Source: Lama guanicoe (taxonomy: Eukaryota). From it: a stretch of 64,000 nucleotides of DNA. The notes beneath the pieces are model-generated. The model was not told the DNA's origin. It saw nothing but the letters and a program-made list of their open reading frames with translations, and searched no databases. The stretch's first letter is position 1. Every line of letters starts with the position of its first letter. Both the position numbers and the translations under genes were made by a program. Below, piece by piece: positions 24,201 to 38,539 of this stretch. The DNA lies in the NCBI GenBank assembly GCA_013239625.1, contig MU056050.1:2094084-2158083 (forward strand), in the 5' to 3' direction.

Positions 24201-26985
24201 TCCTGTATCATCCTTGCCCAATTATAGTGGATAGTTATCCACAATACCAATACAACTTTTGAGTGTGACCATTAGCATCCATTTTTAATTTCTGTTTTTC
24301 CCAATACCTCAAACATCTTCTATTTACTTTCCATTTATCTTTTAAAACCAATAGCCACTCCTTCCACACTAGGGAAGATTTGGGGGAGGGCAATTCTACA
24401 TAGGTGAGTATCTTATAAAGTCTGAGAGATGAGCATGGAGAGAGCTGTGAGTACAAAACACTCAAGCAATAGGTACTATAAGAAACTGGGAAGGTTTCCC
24501 ATTTCCTTTGTATTTAAATTTACTCCCATATCATGCAGACACATATTCAATTACAAAGTATAAAAAAAGATCCTAAAATTAAATATAAGTGAATTTAGGT
24601 GTATTCACTATTCGGTACTATTCACGCTTTAGATTCCCTGTCCCTACTGCAAATGATCAAGAGGAGTAGATTTTAAAGAGTAGGTAGACAGGATGGCTGG
24701 AGATGGGAGGCCAGGGGAGGCAGGGTTGGGTAGACTAAATGGTCTATTGAGACCTCCACTTGCTCTGTCATTCTGTTAGGAGTCATTGATGTTAATGTTC
24801 TTGGACTATTCTGTATGAATAAGGCAAATTGTAATAGATCTACAGATTGATCATTCAACAATCTGAGGCCTATTTTGAAAGATGGAGCTTAAGTTCTTTT
24901 TTATGCATCCCTTGGGTATGTGGATAATTCGAAGGCAAGTACCAGACATATCTGTTGAGCATGTCTGCCTAATTGGCCAGTTTGATCTTTAATATTATAC
25001 AGTCACTCCTCTCTGGGTTTATTCAAGGCTGTGTGCTTCCCTTTGTCACCAGATCACAAATTGACTAAATATCATACATCAAATACAAGGCTCGGAGTGC
25101 AGAACAGGTGACTATTGGAGCTGTGTCCCATATGACATGCTCTTCTCTGTAGGAAGAAAGGGAGTAAAGTAATATTTAATGAGACCTACTATGTGCCAGG
25201 CACTGTGCTAGGAACTTTCACATATATCATCTAGTGCAAGTTCTATATTCAGAGCCAGCTTGACCTATTCTGAGAACAGATGGTTCTTTGGAGAATAGAG
25301 GAAGAGGAAGATGTTGCATCTGGGAATCAATAAATGCAACTACAAAATACTGATCCAAGAAGTACCACCAGAGTACCAGAGAAGTTTACCTTCCAGAAAG
25401 ATATCAAGATCCTCAGCCAGCTGAAGATAGGATATCAGCAGTCTCAGGGGAAGATGCATATGTTTGGAAATGATTGCATTTCAAGCAAGTTGCATTGAGT
25501 TTGCTTGGCACTACAGAGACAGGAAGCCTGGCACTGAACCAACACCTGTACCCATCCTTCTGTGCCCACATGTCTGCCACCTCTGGATAACCCTCTCTCA
25601 GGCCCTGGGGCACAGGCTGATCACACACCATTTCCTGAAAAGAATTCTCCTCTCTCTTATTCTGGGGACTCTGGCAGAAGATTGGGGAGGATGCTTTGTG
25701 CATCCTCTGGCATTCAAGTGACGAGCTAATGCCCAAAGCCTGGAGCCACGGGAGGTTTGTCCAAGTGCCTGACCTAGAAGGGCCATGACTTCGCTTCTTT
25801 TCTAATTAGGATAATTAACCTTCCCTGCTCGTTCATTCTATTCCAGTCCAAAAAGCTCAAATTAAAATGGCACAAGGGACTGTCAGGCTCTAGGGACAGG
25901 AAACAGTTTACAAGCCTTTCCTCTCCAAGCAGCTACCATCAAGGCAAAGTCAGGACAAAGCCCTCACAGCATCTTCACTCTTGAAACAACCTTGGGATGC
26001 CTGGAGGGCCACTTTCAAAACTTTTGTCAATGTAAATATCCCATTAGCTATACAATTTTGCACAGCTCCATAGCGTTTGTTGACTAAATTGGGGCTGGGG
26101 TAAGAGAGATGCTAATAGGAGATAGCATTTCTCTTTGTATCATTATGTAGGTGTTTTATGGTTGGTTCAAGGAAGACAAAAACTGAATGGCTCAAGTTGG
26201 TAGGATTTGATGTGGGATTTATGGAATTTGTGGTCTGGCAACCAGCGCTGAGGCGGAACTTCAGGATCATTTCAAAAAGTGGAATCAAATAGTGGCATCT
26301 CACATAGAATAGAGACATAACTGAAGGGTAACAATACTGCAGTTCTCCCTCTGGTGGCTTTAACTCCCCATTCCCCACCTCTGAGCAAGTTTGAGTTTCC
26401 CATGAGGTATCTCCAGCCTCCATGCTGCCTAGACAGATGGGACTGGGCACAGTCCTCTGGATCTTTTGTTCCTCCTTACTACAGGATTCAGTCCAAGTCC
26501 CTACATGCAGCCCTTCAGACCTGTATGGGAATCCACTATGCTCTAGAGTCTCCCTTCCCAAAACTCTTTGGCTGCAGCCCTTATGAGCCACCAGGGCTGA
26601 TGAGGAAGGGAAGACAGCAGAGTAACAGATGAGATGAGGCTGCCCATTTGGACTGAGTACTAAAGAGTTCCTTCCAGCACAGTAATGCTAGGCTTTTCCC
26701 TGGGTCTTCCCAGTAGATGAGAACCCTACTTGCTCCTCAGTATGTCATAGAAAGACATCAGCATAAGTTTCTCAGCATGTTGTCAGCAGGCTTACCCTGG
26801 GCCTAGGTTGAGTAAGTGAGCCAATCTCCAACCTTTGTTAGTTCATGCCCTTGTCCCCTCCTAGCCCTACACTGTTCACTTCCATCCATTACCTCTACCA
26901 AAGCCTGGGCTTTTCCTCCTGAATCACCCATCTGTGGAAACTGTCCAAAGTGTGGTTCTCAGCAGATACATAATAAGGACAAAAC

Positions 26986-27153
26986 TAGTGCTTCTTAAAT
27001 TGTGATGTGCTGACAGATCACCCGGGGACCTTGTTAAAATGCAGGTTTGAATTCAATTAAGTCTAGGGTGGGACCTGAGAGTCTGCATCTTTAACAAGCA
27101 GCCTTGGTGATACCAAGTGTTGCTATCCATGGACCATGCTTTAGGCAGCAAAG
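26986..27153. mobile_element. MER5A1-like hAT-Charlie MITE
   Basis: tagtgcttcttaaa...gatcacccggggaccttgttaaaatgcag...gtctgcatctttaacaag...ggaccatgctttaggcagcaaag. Confidence 0.8.
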
Positions 27154-30054
27154 GTGTCAGGACGGCATCTTTAGGATCGTCTTCTATAATTGATATGCTG
27201 AACCAGGGGCCACAATTGAAGTAGCAAGAACATATACCATCTTCGGAATGAGTTAAACCCATTCTGTGCTGTTTTGAGTAAAGGATTGTGACTCTCTTCT
27301 TAGCAGTTAACAATAGCATCCTTTTATACTGAGGCTAAAATAATCCTTTAGTGTAACCAGAGCTGTGCAGAGGGTGTGGCAAATGTGGACCTTGGCATAG
27401 CCTATTTTTCTTGGGACCTAGAGTACTTGAATAAGCCTTCCTGGGCACCTGCCCTGCTTCCTGAAGCCAGTTATGCAGTCCAAACTCATTTTGGGTCCAG
27501 CCACTCCATTCATCGCATCCACTTTCACGGTGGCTCTGGATGGCTGTGACTGCCACATCACTCATGCTGTGATCTGCATCAGTGGTTAAGACAACGGAAG
27601 CAGCTACATCATCCAAGGCACAATCCATTTATTTCATGCTGGAAAAAACAATCTCCTATCTAAGTGGGGCCAGCTAAACTGGGCAGTTGCCATAGCTTTG
27701 AGGTTGTGGGAAATATGCCTTTTGTACTATTTAGCTCCTCACTGGAGAGCAGTGTACCCCTTGAGGAGGCCCCAGATGTCATTAGTGCATCGGTGCCATG
27801 CTGGACAGAGCAAGTCCATTTCTCCTCTGGGGCACAAGGTGTATAAGTCCTGGGGTTGATAAAACATAAATTTGCTGGAAAAATTCACTGCCTTGTTTCT
27901 CCCCATCCCAGAGTAATTCCTGAATCCTTTCCTCTTTAGCATTGCTGCTGATTGTGTTCTTTGCTCAAAATAAACCTTAAAGAACGTTTGTATTTGGTTC
28001 AGAGGATGCTCTGTTACACTGATATTTGTAGAGTTAAACACTACAGATGGGAAGACTCCCCTAAGAAGATTCCAGAGCATTGTGATTATGTGGTTTTGAT
28101 CCAAACTATAAATGTGTTTTGTGGCCTAAGGGGGTTGTCAAACAGTGTTTTAAAACACACTGGCAAATTTAAGATGGTTTTAAAAGCAGGCCTACTTGAG
28201 GATCCAGAATGGTCCCACACCATTCTGTGTGGATACATGTACTTGGACACAAGTCTTGCTGGACTGGCCTGTTGCTGGCTCTGGTGGGGTCTGCAAGCTA
28301 AAGAAATATTTATTATTAACTATTTCCCTCTTGTCCACTGCCACTTCCCTCCTAAGTTGGTTACTTGTCTCTCCTGGAGAGTTTAATAAATACTTTGATC
28401 TGCATAGGACCCTACAACTGCACTTTTCCTTCCAAATGATATATAAGAGCTAGCACACTAGCCAGTGGGATAAAATTTCCAGCCAAGCGGAACTCACTTA
28501 GCCATTTTGTTAAGTTCTGTCACTGAGCACTTTGCCTAAATGAGCACAGAAGCTTTCTGGGCATGGTTGACTAGTCCCTCCACTAACCCAATCATTATGG
28601 TGGCTAGCTACATGGTTCCTAATTAGATTCATTTTATTCAAATAAATTTTAGCCAGTGCAGTTTCCCAACATTTTATCACTGGAGCCAACATCTTTACTC
28701 TAAGTGATTCGTGGCTCTCCCCGTCTGTAAGCCTTCTAAAGTCTAGTCTGCTGAAGCACTCCTAAATTCAGTCATAGCCATATGCTTGTTTGTCCTTTGC
28801 AACTAGTTAACTCAGTTGGGTGGATCTTCTGGCTAAATGAAGCCAAGGACGTGACTTTGATGGCTATTAGGGCCAATCCGCTTCCTACTAGTCCACAGGT
28901 CTAGCCTTTTTCCTCCATCTTGGCCAGCCAGTGTTCTTAGTAGTTTGTACCATTGGTGACAAAGGAGGCTAGGCTTAGTGGGATTGACTTTGTTTACATC
29001 TCTTTGCTTTATGCTCATAGCTCTAGCCAAAGTGTCAATTTCCAAGTGAAGCACTAATTAGGAACAAAGAGAGTAAGTGAGCAGAATTTTTAGAAAGATG
29101 TTTCCTCTATCTGTCCCTCTTTCAGATTATCTTTCCTTTTCTCTAAACCCTAGCCTTCATTTGCCTATTATCAGAATAGAATTTTCTTGATCCACCCTCC
29201 AAAGTGTCTGACAGCACCTATTTATACAATCCTTAGGGGCCCCTCAAAATAGAATACTGAAGAATTGAGTCCCAGATTGGGAAAGGAACATGCTCACCCA
29301 GTTTAATAAGCCTCTCAAGACTTTCTTAGAAGATAAATTGTAGATTGCAAGCAGGTTGAAACACTTATAATACCTCCTGTGAACTTTATCCTATGGGCAA
29401 ACGAAAACTTTTGAAGATTTGTGAGAATGAGCATGGCTATTACATAATCAAAAGAATGACAAGGTTAAAGCTGGTCTTTGTGAACAGCTTGGATGTAAAG
29501 GGGAAGGACTGTTGCAGTAGCCCAAGCAAATAGCAGTAATAACTTCAAAATAACTAGTAGTCATGGGAATGTAAAGAAAGGAGAAGATACAGAAAGGGTG
29601 AATTAATTTGACTTCATGTTTGCCTGGGGCAATGAAAGAGACAAATAGAATGCTCAGATTTGAAAACTAGGAAATTTGACACAAATAGGGAAGTCAGTTA
29701 AAAAAAATAGCTACTTTGGAGGCAGGGGGCACCTGAGACAGAGTGAGAAATAAATAAGGACACCAGCAATGATAAAAACCTGCTCAGTCTAGTAACTCCA
29801 GCTCAGCTCCAAAGGTGGTGATTAACTGATGGGAGATATGCCATTATCCACAGAACTCTGACTGTGTTTCTGTTAAGCATTCACTTACAGTTGATTGCAA
29901 GGCCTGCATCCTATAGGGCCTGAAAAATCCTGGGGTGTCTTCAGGTAGTTACACAACAATGTGTTCTTAGTTCTCTGTCATGGAGAAACGCTTAGAAAAA
30001 TGTATGATTTCATCTTTCCTGGGCAACTGCACATATCAGAGTAATTTCAGCCAC

Positions 30055-30295
30055 TGATGAGGAAGAAGAAGAGTATGAGCTTGAAAGCCAAACCTGGGTG
30101 TAGATCCTGGCCCCAAAATTTACTAGTTATGTGCTTTTATTCATAACCCTGTCCCTCTCTGAGATGCAATTTCCTCATCTGTTAATTGGGAATCACTACC
30201 AATACTTAGGGTTGTTGAGGGGATTAAAGGTAATAATGTGCATAAATCCTTAGCACAGTGCCCAGCCCAAAGTAGGCATTCAATAAATGTTAGTT
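30055..30295 (+). mobile_element. MIR SINE
   Basis: aagagtatgagcttgaaagccaaacctggg...tttcctcatctgttaattggg...tagcacagtgcccagc...caataaatgttag. Confidence 0.85.
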
Positions 30296-33200
30296 TATAC
30301 TCCTATCCCAAACTTGACAGTGAAAGGGAAAGCAATTTAATTAAAAATCTGAGGAATGAGAGTGAAAGATTTACATATAACAGTACAAAAAAATCTATTA
30401 TTCCAACAATGATTTGAAGGTGGCATTCAACCATAGCCCCTGAGAGACAGTGGTCACCCTCCGTAGCCTAAGTTTCTCAAGCTAACAGAGGATGGGTATG
30501 AGAGCTTGAACCTTCATTTCCCTCCATCTCAACCAGGTGATCTGTTTGGTGAGATATGTTTTGAGCTGAGTCTTAATGAATGAGAGGTTTATGTGTTGAG
30601 AGGGAGGCTTTTCTAGGTGTCAAGGGCAGCCAGAGTTAATCACTAGAGATTGAAGATGCTGGAGAAGGCTGTGCCCTGCACTGTGTGCTTAGGCAGGATG
30701 AGCTAAGCCATGGGCTTTGAAGCCTGTGTAGATTAGACTGAGCCCCGGTAGCAAATGGGAGTCCCAACTAGATTTGTGGAGAAAGATATGCTTGAACACA
30801 CAAACTTACTGGTGAAATCTCAGGCTCCTCCATGCAAAGGCAAAGCTCTGAGGGATATTCATAATGATTTTCCTGTTGGATTTTAACTTTTACTCATTAC
30901 CAAAATGAATCTTTATCCAGAAAACACAACAGAAACATTATTTTACATTAATATTGAAAGTTAAAACCGGAAGAGAGTTGTGGTTATGTTCATGTTGGTA
31001 TCTACCACTGGGTAAACCATTTCTTCTCCCCAGACTTCAGTTTCTCATTTGTACAATAAAGAGACTGGGACCATCACTAAATTCACTCTCATATTTGAGA
31101 ATTCTGGACACCTCAGACCACCTAACTTCTCTGCATCTCAGGCAAGATTCAGTCACTCTTCCTGGAGCTCAAGGCCTACACAAGATGAAACATTAGCCTG
31201 TAAGCCTCCCCCATACTTCTTAATTCACTCTCAACTCCCCATTGGGAAAACACAATTGAAAGAAAACAACTAATTGAAATGAGTTGATCTTGGTGATGTT
31301 TTTATATGTGTGTTTCCCTTCTTAGTATGCGAGGGGAGCACATGAACATTCTCATTTACCTTGTAAGTTTTGTACATCCCACTTTGGCTGTTTCCTAAAC
31401 AGTTTCTAGACCACAGTATTAAGTCAAAGGAAACCTTTTTCCCTCAAGGGAAAAGCGTGTTCCCACCATCCTCAGGACTGTATATTTCACCCCTCTGTGC
31501 CCTCTAGGCAAAAGCTTGCCCCTAATAGCACCTTTGACAGCCTTCCAACAGTATCAAGATCAAGAAGTCTCTGCCCTCCAGCAGACAGGATAAGCCACAG
31601 CCCTTTGCAGTCGGGTCCAGACCCCTTACATCTTTGATATAAATTCACCCCCACTTTCTACCTCCTTTCCTCCTCACTGATAGCCATCATCCATACTCCT
31701 CCCCTCATCCAAAGCTCAGAAATGTTAAGAGGTCTGGTTTGGCCTTGCTTTCTCAAAATTGAGAATGCTGAAGAAGGTTTCCAGATAAGTCACTTTCCTA
31801 ATGTGAAGTCTTTTGCTTAATGGAAAACAAGGACGTATTTTCTGAGCTCAAGTCCCAGCTGAGTCAATTCACTTTACTACTCCATAGACACAGGCCACAG
31901 TGTATACCACTGTGTACAAAGGGAAGCCCGGGATGTGAAAGCTCAATGCAAAATATATCCACTTCCAGGAACTGACTCAAAGTTTTCCCCTGCTGGAAGC
32001 CAGGTGGCAGGGTGAGGGGCTATCTTCATACTTGAGGCCCCTAGGTTCTATTTGGAATAAACTGGACCTGGGAAGAAGATGAAATGTGGCTGATTGGTAG
32101 CCTTTTTCCCCCACCCTTTTTAATCATGTGTAAAGCCTTCCCCCTACCATGCCACCAGAGCTGGCAAATGCATTCTTTGGTTGACATCTACAGTCAGCTC
32201 TCTTCCCCAGGTGCCCATAAAGTAAGTGCCTGCTAACCCCGAGACTGCTCAATATTTGCATGGTTGGCAGATTCAATCATGTGATCAATGCTGGAAATTA
32301 TTGATTTCAAGGGGATTAAAAGCCAAGTGAGGAAATGTTATGTAAGAAACCCTATTCATGGGCCTGATCAATCATCCCATGACATCTATGAAGTGTGCAA
32401 GTAGTCTACAGAGCCACTTTCAGATGACTCGTACCCTCTGTGACTTTGCATTGCAGGCAGTTTATCCCAGGACATTTATCTAGGTACCAAACAGAAACAT
32501 AAAGGAACTATGCCCAAGCGCTATAGTATCCCCTTTCATCCAAACTCCAGGTGATCTCAGTTGTGTTTATTGTTTACTTTTTTTATACATCAGACCTTGT
32601 GCAGTTGACAATCAGAATGCTTGTCTATTCTGCTTTTCCCAGACCATAAGTAAATCTATTCCAGATGGTCTTCTAAATTTCCTTTCAGCTGACAATGCAA
32701 AGCAAGTTTACTTTCACTCAGTGAAACTGACATAACTATTTGGGCATACTTTCTCAGCTTATGGTGTGGAGAATGAGGCTAAGTAATTCACCAGCAGAGA
32801 GACTAAGTTCATAATGAAGAACTAGATGAAAGAGAAAAAATGGAAAAGGCAGGATTCCATGCACTGCTAGCTTCAGGGCCAACTTTAAACTTGACAAGTA
32901 GCTGGTAGTTGCCTCCTCGGTGGGATATTGAGTATCAGGAATACCTGAAGCTGCCAAATAACACTCTCCCACTTACTGTTGTCTACTACAGTTCCTCCAT
33001 TACAGTTGCCCCTTTGCTTTAAAGCTTTGATTCTAATTTAAAACATAAATCCTCCATGGAGGGGATCACAATTGAAGATCTAATCAGTCATGGACAGTCT
33101 AGTATGACTAAAGGGTTTGATTTGGAATGAGGGAGGATTTGTATTGGGGGAGAGGAAAAGGACACAGAACTGGGACACTGGAGGGCACCTTCTGTTTCCT

Positions 33201-34099
33201 GACTGTACAAATTAGCTAAAGTCCCATCCTAATAATGCAGCTGCAAGGAAGAGAAGATTTGCAGAGGGTCAGCTCTTAATTAAAGGGAAACTTAAACACA
33301 ATTATGAGGAATGAAGACCTCAGGGAAATTTTAATTTGCCATGGGTAAGCTGGGCTGGGTGTGGGTGAATATTTGTTTTTCTCCTGTTCCATAAAATCCA
33401 CAGACTGACATCCATATGCAAACACAGAGGGGTTCTTGATCTCCCCATCTCCGACTCCTCACACACAGAAAAGTCTCTGCACTAGCATCTCAGATTTAGA
33501 CAATCACTATACTGATTTTGGTGGAAACCAAATGTGTTGAAATCAAGTTAAAACAAAAACAAACGACAACAAACGACAAAATGTGGATTCATATGTGTTA
33601 TGGGAATCTTTCCATGAATTCTTTTTAAAGAAAAGTACATTTTGTTATATGAATAATCACACCCTGAAGTATTGGATTTGGGCTCAGATTTTTTAATATT
33701 AGGTTCCTTAGATATGGCAAATATAAGTCGAAATAACTGAATTGGGCTCATCATCTCTGTCTTTTCTCTGTCTCGTTTTCTACTCTTCACCTGTATCTCA
33801 GCAAACACCTTCAGATTCCATACATAGCTTCTCCCATTCACTTACTTTGCCACAATATACAAAATAAATGTATCTGAAATTCCATGGAGACTAAGGAAGT
33901 TTTAAGAAATGGAGAGAGTGGTTTGCATAAGATTTGGGTTCAAAGCCCAGGTGAGCCCTAGAATAAGAACAGAAGAGTAATCTTAATTTGCCTTCTTCCA
34001 TTTCACATAATTTTTTGATGAATAAAAATATTAATTTCATAAAATGTCAAACATCTGTTAATTGAAATATAACACAAACAATATTAGATGTCAAATAAA

Positions 34100-34920
34100 C
34101 TGAGTTAAAACATATGTGACATAGATTGCAGATACTTAAAATCATTAATATATAAAGGCTCTTATAAATAAATAAGAAAGACATTAACATCACAAGAGAA
34201 ACCTGAACAAAGGAAATAAATGGGAAATTCTCAAAATAAGATATAAAGATAGACACAAAGATGAGAAAAGTCTCTAGCTGCTAATAATCAAAGATGCTAA
34301 CAAAAAAGAGAATCTTTTATATTCCCCTATCAAATGGGAAAATATATTATTCAGTGCTAACAAAGGGGTAGGGGACAAGTACTCTCATATTCTGTTGATG
34401 GGAACATAAAGTGGAGGGCAAGTTGACAATGTGTATCAAAAGCCTTGAAAATGTTCATAAATGTTTGGCTTGATATTCCTACCCCTGGAAATAATTAGAG
34501 ATGTTCTATGAGTGTTGCCATCATAGAATTATTTACAGTAAGTAGAGACTGGAAACAGTTGAAATGTTCATGTTGGGGAATGGTTAAATAAATTACAGTA
34601 TGCCTAAAAGATGGAATATTATGTAGCTATTAAAACCATGTTTGAAAACATTTATTAAATGTTCTGTTATTAACGTAAGAAAATGTCCAAGATATAATGT
34701 TAGGTGTTTTTAAATGATAGGACACAAATTGTACAATCTATTTTACTAAAATAAAACATGCAGTATATTTACATAAAATAGAATGGAAAGAACTACATCA
34801 AATACTAAGAGTGGTTATCCTGGAGGAAGAGTCACCCACACTTTTACTTTTTTTTTCATTTTTTGTGTCTGCTCAAGTGTCCAAAATGAGCACATATTAA
34901 TTTTATACCTAGAAAGAAAA
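34100..34920 (+). mobile_element. Old LINE-1 (L1ME-like) 3' portion
   Basis: Degraded ORF2 end and 3'UTR motifs: actctcatattctgttgatgggaa, atcaaaagccttgaaaatgttcata, gatggaatattatgtagctattaaaa. Confidence 0.75.
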
Positions 34921-35220
34921 ACACAGATGCTACATCAGGAGAAGAAAGACATTTGTTAAAGTGATTTGAGTCCATTAGTGTCTGCTCCCCACACAGTGTT
35001 CCAAGGTTCCTCATCTACCACAGGAAGAAGTGATTTGTAACCGTGGCCTGAGCCTTCTCCTCTAGCTTTGTGCCTTTGTCTGCTTATTTCTGGATGGTAC
35101 AGAGCCCTTCTGGATCTTGCTTTTCTTACGCAGAACCTTTCTGCCAGTCATGAAGGACATCTAAGAAAAGAGACTTGCTTCCATAAACCTCATTTGCATT
35201 GGGTAGCCATTACAATAGGT

Positions 35221-35391
35221 CAGTGGTTCTCAATTCTGCTGGTACATGAGAATCACCCAGGGAGTTTAAAACAAAACAAAGCAGAAATCACTTCCAGTGA
35301 TTTGGATTTAATTGGTCCAGGGTGAGGCTTAGACATCAATTTTTTAAAGCTCCCAAGGTGATTATAATATATAACCAGAGTCGAGGAGCAG
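35221..35391. mobile_element. MER5B hAT-Charlie MITE
   Basis: cagtggttctcaa...agaatcacccagggag...gatttaattggtc...ttttaaagctcccaaggtgattataat. Confidence 0.8.
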
Positions 35392-36021
35392 AGAGGTAAG
35401 TGAAGATACAGGAAAACAGAGGATTGCTTTCCTCAGCTAAATTCAGTTGAGTAAGATAGGCCAGACTGACACCGACCCTCTGAGGACCTTTTCCACCAGC
35501 TACCAGCTATACCTTTGTCAAATACCACGGCCTAAAGATCATAAAGCACACCACCAACTTCCACATTCAGTATCTGAATGACTCCGGGAAGTGGATAGAC
35601 CCCAAAACAATGTTCAACATTCTCTCTTCCTTTCCTTCCAAACTCTTGTGTTAAGGCCACTGCTAAAAGGCAACTGTATTAGCTGGAGGGATGACACATT
35701 AAGCCATGAGCCATTCTTTTGATGGCACCTAGAAAAGGACAGAATGCTGAGAGAGTGGGGCAGAGGACAGGCAAGTTTTGATGTGGAGAAAGAGGTAAGA
35801 AAAAGCCAGAAGTGGTGCTGATAGGTCTAGTTGGGGTACTGGGTAGACGGGGAACATCAGGATCCTGTGTGGCATCAAGAAGATGAAAGGGCACACAGAG
35901 AGACAAGCTCTGCCACTTCATAATGTTGCTGAAGGGCATCCTGAAACAAGACCTGTGAAGTTGGCTTAGCAGCAGAACGTACTTGAAAGAGCACAAAATT
36001 GGAAGTGGAGAGACTTGCTTC

Positions 36022-36510
36022 TGGGGCCAGGACTAGGGTGAGGCAATGTGGCTACACTTGCACAGCCCTAAGTGCCTTCTTAGGGGAGGCAAGTGGGAGT
36101 GAGGAGATGCTGGTCACAGGGTACAAAGTTTCAGATATGCAAGATGAATCAGTTCTGGAGATCTAATGTCCAGCATGGTGGCCATTAATGACAGTTAACA
36201 CTCTGATGATACAGGAAACAATACTGTGTTGTATTCTTGACATTTGCTAAGAGGGTAAATAGTAAGTTTTCACAGCACACACACAGAAAGAGCAAAAATG
36301 GCCACTCTGTGAGGTGATGGATATATTCATGAGCTTAATTGTGCTGATCATTTCACATTGTATATGTAAATCAAAACATCAAGTTGTACATCTTAAATAT
36401 ATATAATTTCTATGTGCCAATTTTACCTCAATACATTTGGAAAAAAAAAAAGACAAACCAAAAAACTGCACCCTAACTGCTTCTCTTGCTTCACCCTCAT
36501 CCTGGTCCTG
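36022..36510. mobile_element. MER96-like hAT-Tip100 MITE, interrupted by an L1 fragment
   Basis: Inverted termini gggccaggactagggtgaggca/tgcttcaccctcatcctggtcctg. Degenerate 8-bp TSD cttgcttc/cttactta. Confidence 0.7.
36082..36465 (+). mobile_element. L1MA-type (L1MA9-like) 3'UTR fragment with poly(A)
   Basis: gggtacaaagtttcagatatgcaagatgaatcagttctggagatctaatg...tgtgaggtgatggatat...tacctcaatacatttggaaaaaaaaaaa. Confidence 0.85.
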
Positions 36511-37364
36511 CTTACTTAGGTTCTACTCTTTCTTCTGACTCTAAACTAGCTGTGTGATTTGGGGCAAGTCACTGTTTCTCTCTAACAACTACCCTCCAAT
36601 CCAGAACAGCTCCACTTTTACCTTCCATGAAAATTTATTTTGAAATAGGAGTTTGAGAGCTTTAAAAATTCTATCTGACTGCTCTCAGTCATCTGTAAGA
36701 GTCCTTCTAGCCTCTAATTCTGGGGTTCCATGACTGAAAAGTGCAGACCACAAGAATTTTCATGGGCCAGTTTGAGCCTCTCTTTTTCAATCTGCAAATA
36801 CTGAAAAGGCATTTTTCTACACAAGCCAATGGGACAAATATTGCATTACTCTCTGGGAAAGATCAATTTGTATCTCTAGAACATTTCTAGAGGATCAGCA
36901 ATCCCTTTTGGGACTTTATGGAAAATTCCCTGAGAATCCTAGCCAGGCATAGAATGCTATCAATGTCAACATTCATATGAAGCCCATTTGTCCATATCAG
37001 AGAGCCCCATCATTTGGGGGACTGCTAGCAACCATGTCAGAAGTACAAATGGTGTGGCTCAAAGAGAACTGGTAGAGGTTTAACAGCAACAACAAGTGAT
37101 GTGAGGTCCTGCTGGAATATATAAAGCAAGAAGGAGAAAATTATCCTCAACTGTATTTCTTTGAGTGTCTTCATTGCCATGTGTCAATATCCTATTTCTT
37201 ATTCTTCTTTGTTTTCAGATCAAATACCAAGTTTGTTCAGCGTGGAGCAGCTTTCATATCGTTTGTACATTGAATGAAATACTTGCCTGCCTTCTCCCTG
37301 TGAAAATGATTTTGACAATTGTAGATTTGAGATTTTTTGGTATCTGCTGTCATGAGGTCAACCT

Positions 37365-37764
37365 AATAGTCAAAGATTGAATTCCCTGGGAGCAGATTCT
37401 GAGATGGAGATTGGCATACAAAATTTTATGGGGGAGCATTCTCATTAAAAACACTTGTAGGAAGAAAAGAAGGAAACAGGTTTGGGCAGAAGAAGATGGG
37501 CTGTGATGCAGCCGTAGCAAGGCCTCAACTTGCCCTTCAGGTAGCTCTGAAGTTGTGGTGGCCCATTAGAGTTACCTCATTTGAAGCAAAGGGGTTGTGC
37601 CTTGATTCCCCATCACAGCAAGTCACTGGAAGCAGGCAGCCCTGGGAAGGGAGTATTACCCTAAGCTAGGCAGCTCTCTTCAGCCAACAACTTTCCCAGA
37701 AGTTGAAGGAATAGGTCCTTTGGTGTTGAAGGGGGATCTGGGTGGTACAGCACAGCATCCCAAC
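37365..37764 (-). mobile_element. LTR16-family (ERVL) solo LTR
   Basis: ttccctgggagcagattctgagatggagattggcatac...gctgtgatgcag...ggggatctgggtggtacagcacagcatcccaaca. Confidence 0.75.
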
Positions 37765-38539
37765 ACTAGCCTTGACCAAGAGGGCCTCCTGGCTTAGCAA
37801 GAGTAGCCCAAAAATCAACCCAGCAGGATTGGCTTGGTCATGGCTGCGGCCCAGTTCTTTGTTCACAATCACCTTGCCTCTCCTCTATTTGTCATGCTCC
37901 TATGTTATCTTGGTTGAATGCAGGTGACAATCTAGCATTCACCCAGTTACCTATGTGGGAACTCCCATTCTTTAAAACAAGAAGAAACAGAAGGTGGACA
38001 GTAGTTTGGAATCGGGTTGAGAGAATTTGCTGCTCAAATAAAAGTTGCTTTCAGTATTGCAGAGTTGGGCACATTAAAGCTCACACCAGCGGAGGACAAT
38101 TCTGAAGCTGCTAAAACAGCAGGCTTATTTTCACAAAGCCAAGGCTTTGTTATGCACCTCACCTCCTACCAGCACCAACGCTGGCTTTTATTCTGTCTCC
38201 AGCTACAAACTTTTCTGTTTTACTTTGTTTTCCCTCCCTCCAACTCATATTTACTCTCTTTAGTCAGTTGTAACAGGAAACAGTCAAACTATAATAAATT
38301 AGGTACAAAAACAAATGAAAGCTTTTTTTTGGATCGCTCACTGACAGGTACTGACTTGAGGTGACCGTTCCCCCCAGGGTTCTCGAGTACATGGCCACAC
38401 GCTCAAGCAGACACAAGGAGACTCTGCGTGGTGAAAAGATACTGCAGTGTTAAGCGACAGTTCTTACTCGGTCAGAAATGTGAGCAACGCTTACAGCCCA
38501 GGAGGCCCCACACCCGAGCCCATTAAGAAATCAGTGTGC

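Noticed and set aside
26112..26591. 159-aa ORF and other 100-145 aa ORFs (27952-28386, 50908-51336, 61213-61650)
   Set aside because: None resembles a protein family I recognise. Many have non-ATG starts, the last overlaps an LTR16, and such lengths are expected by chance in 64 kb.
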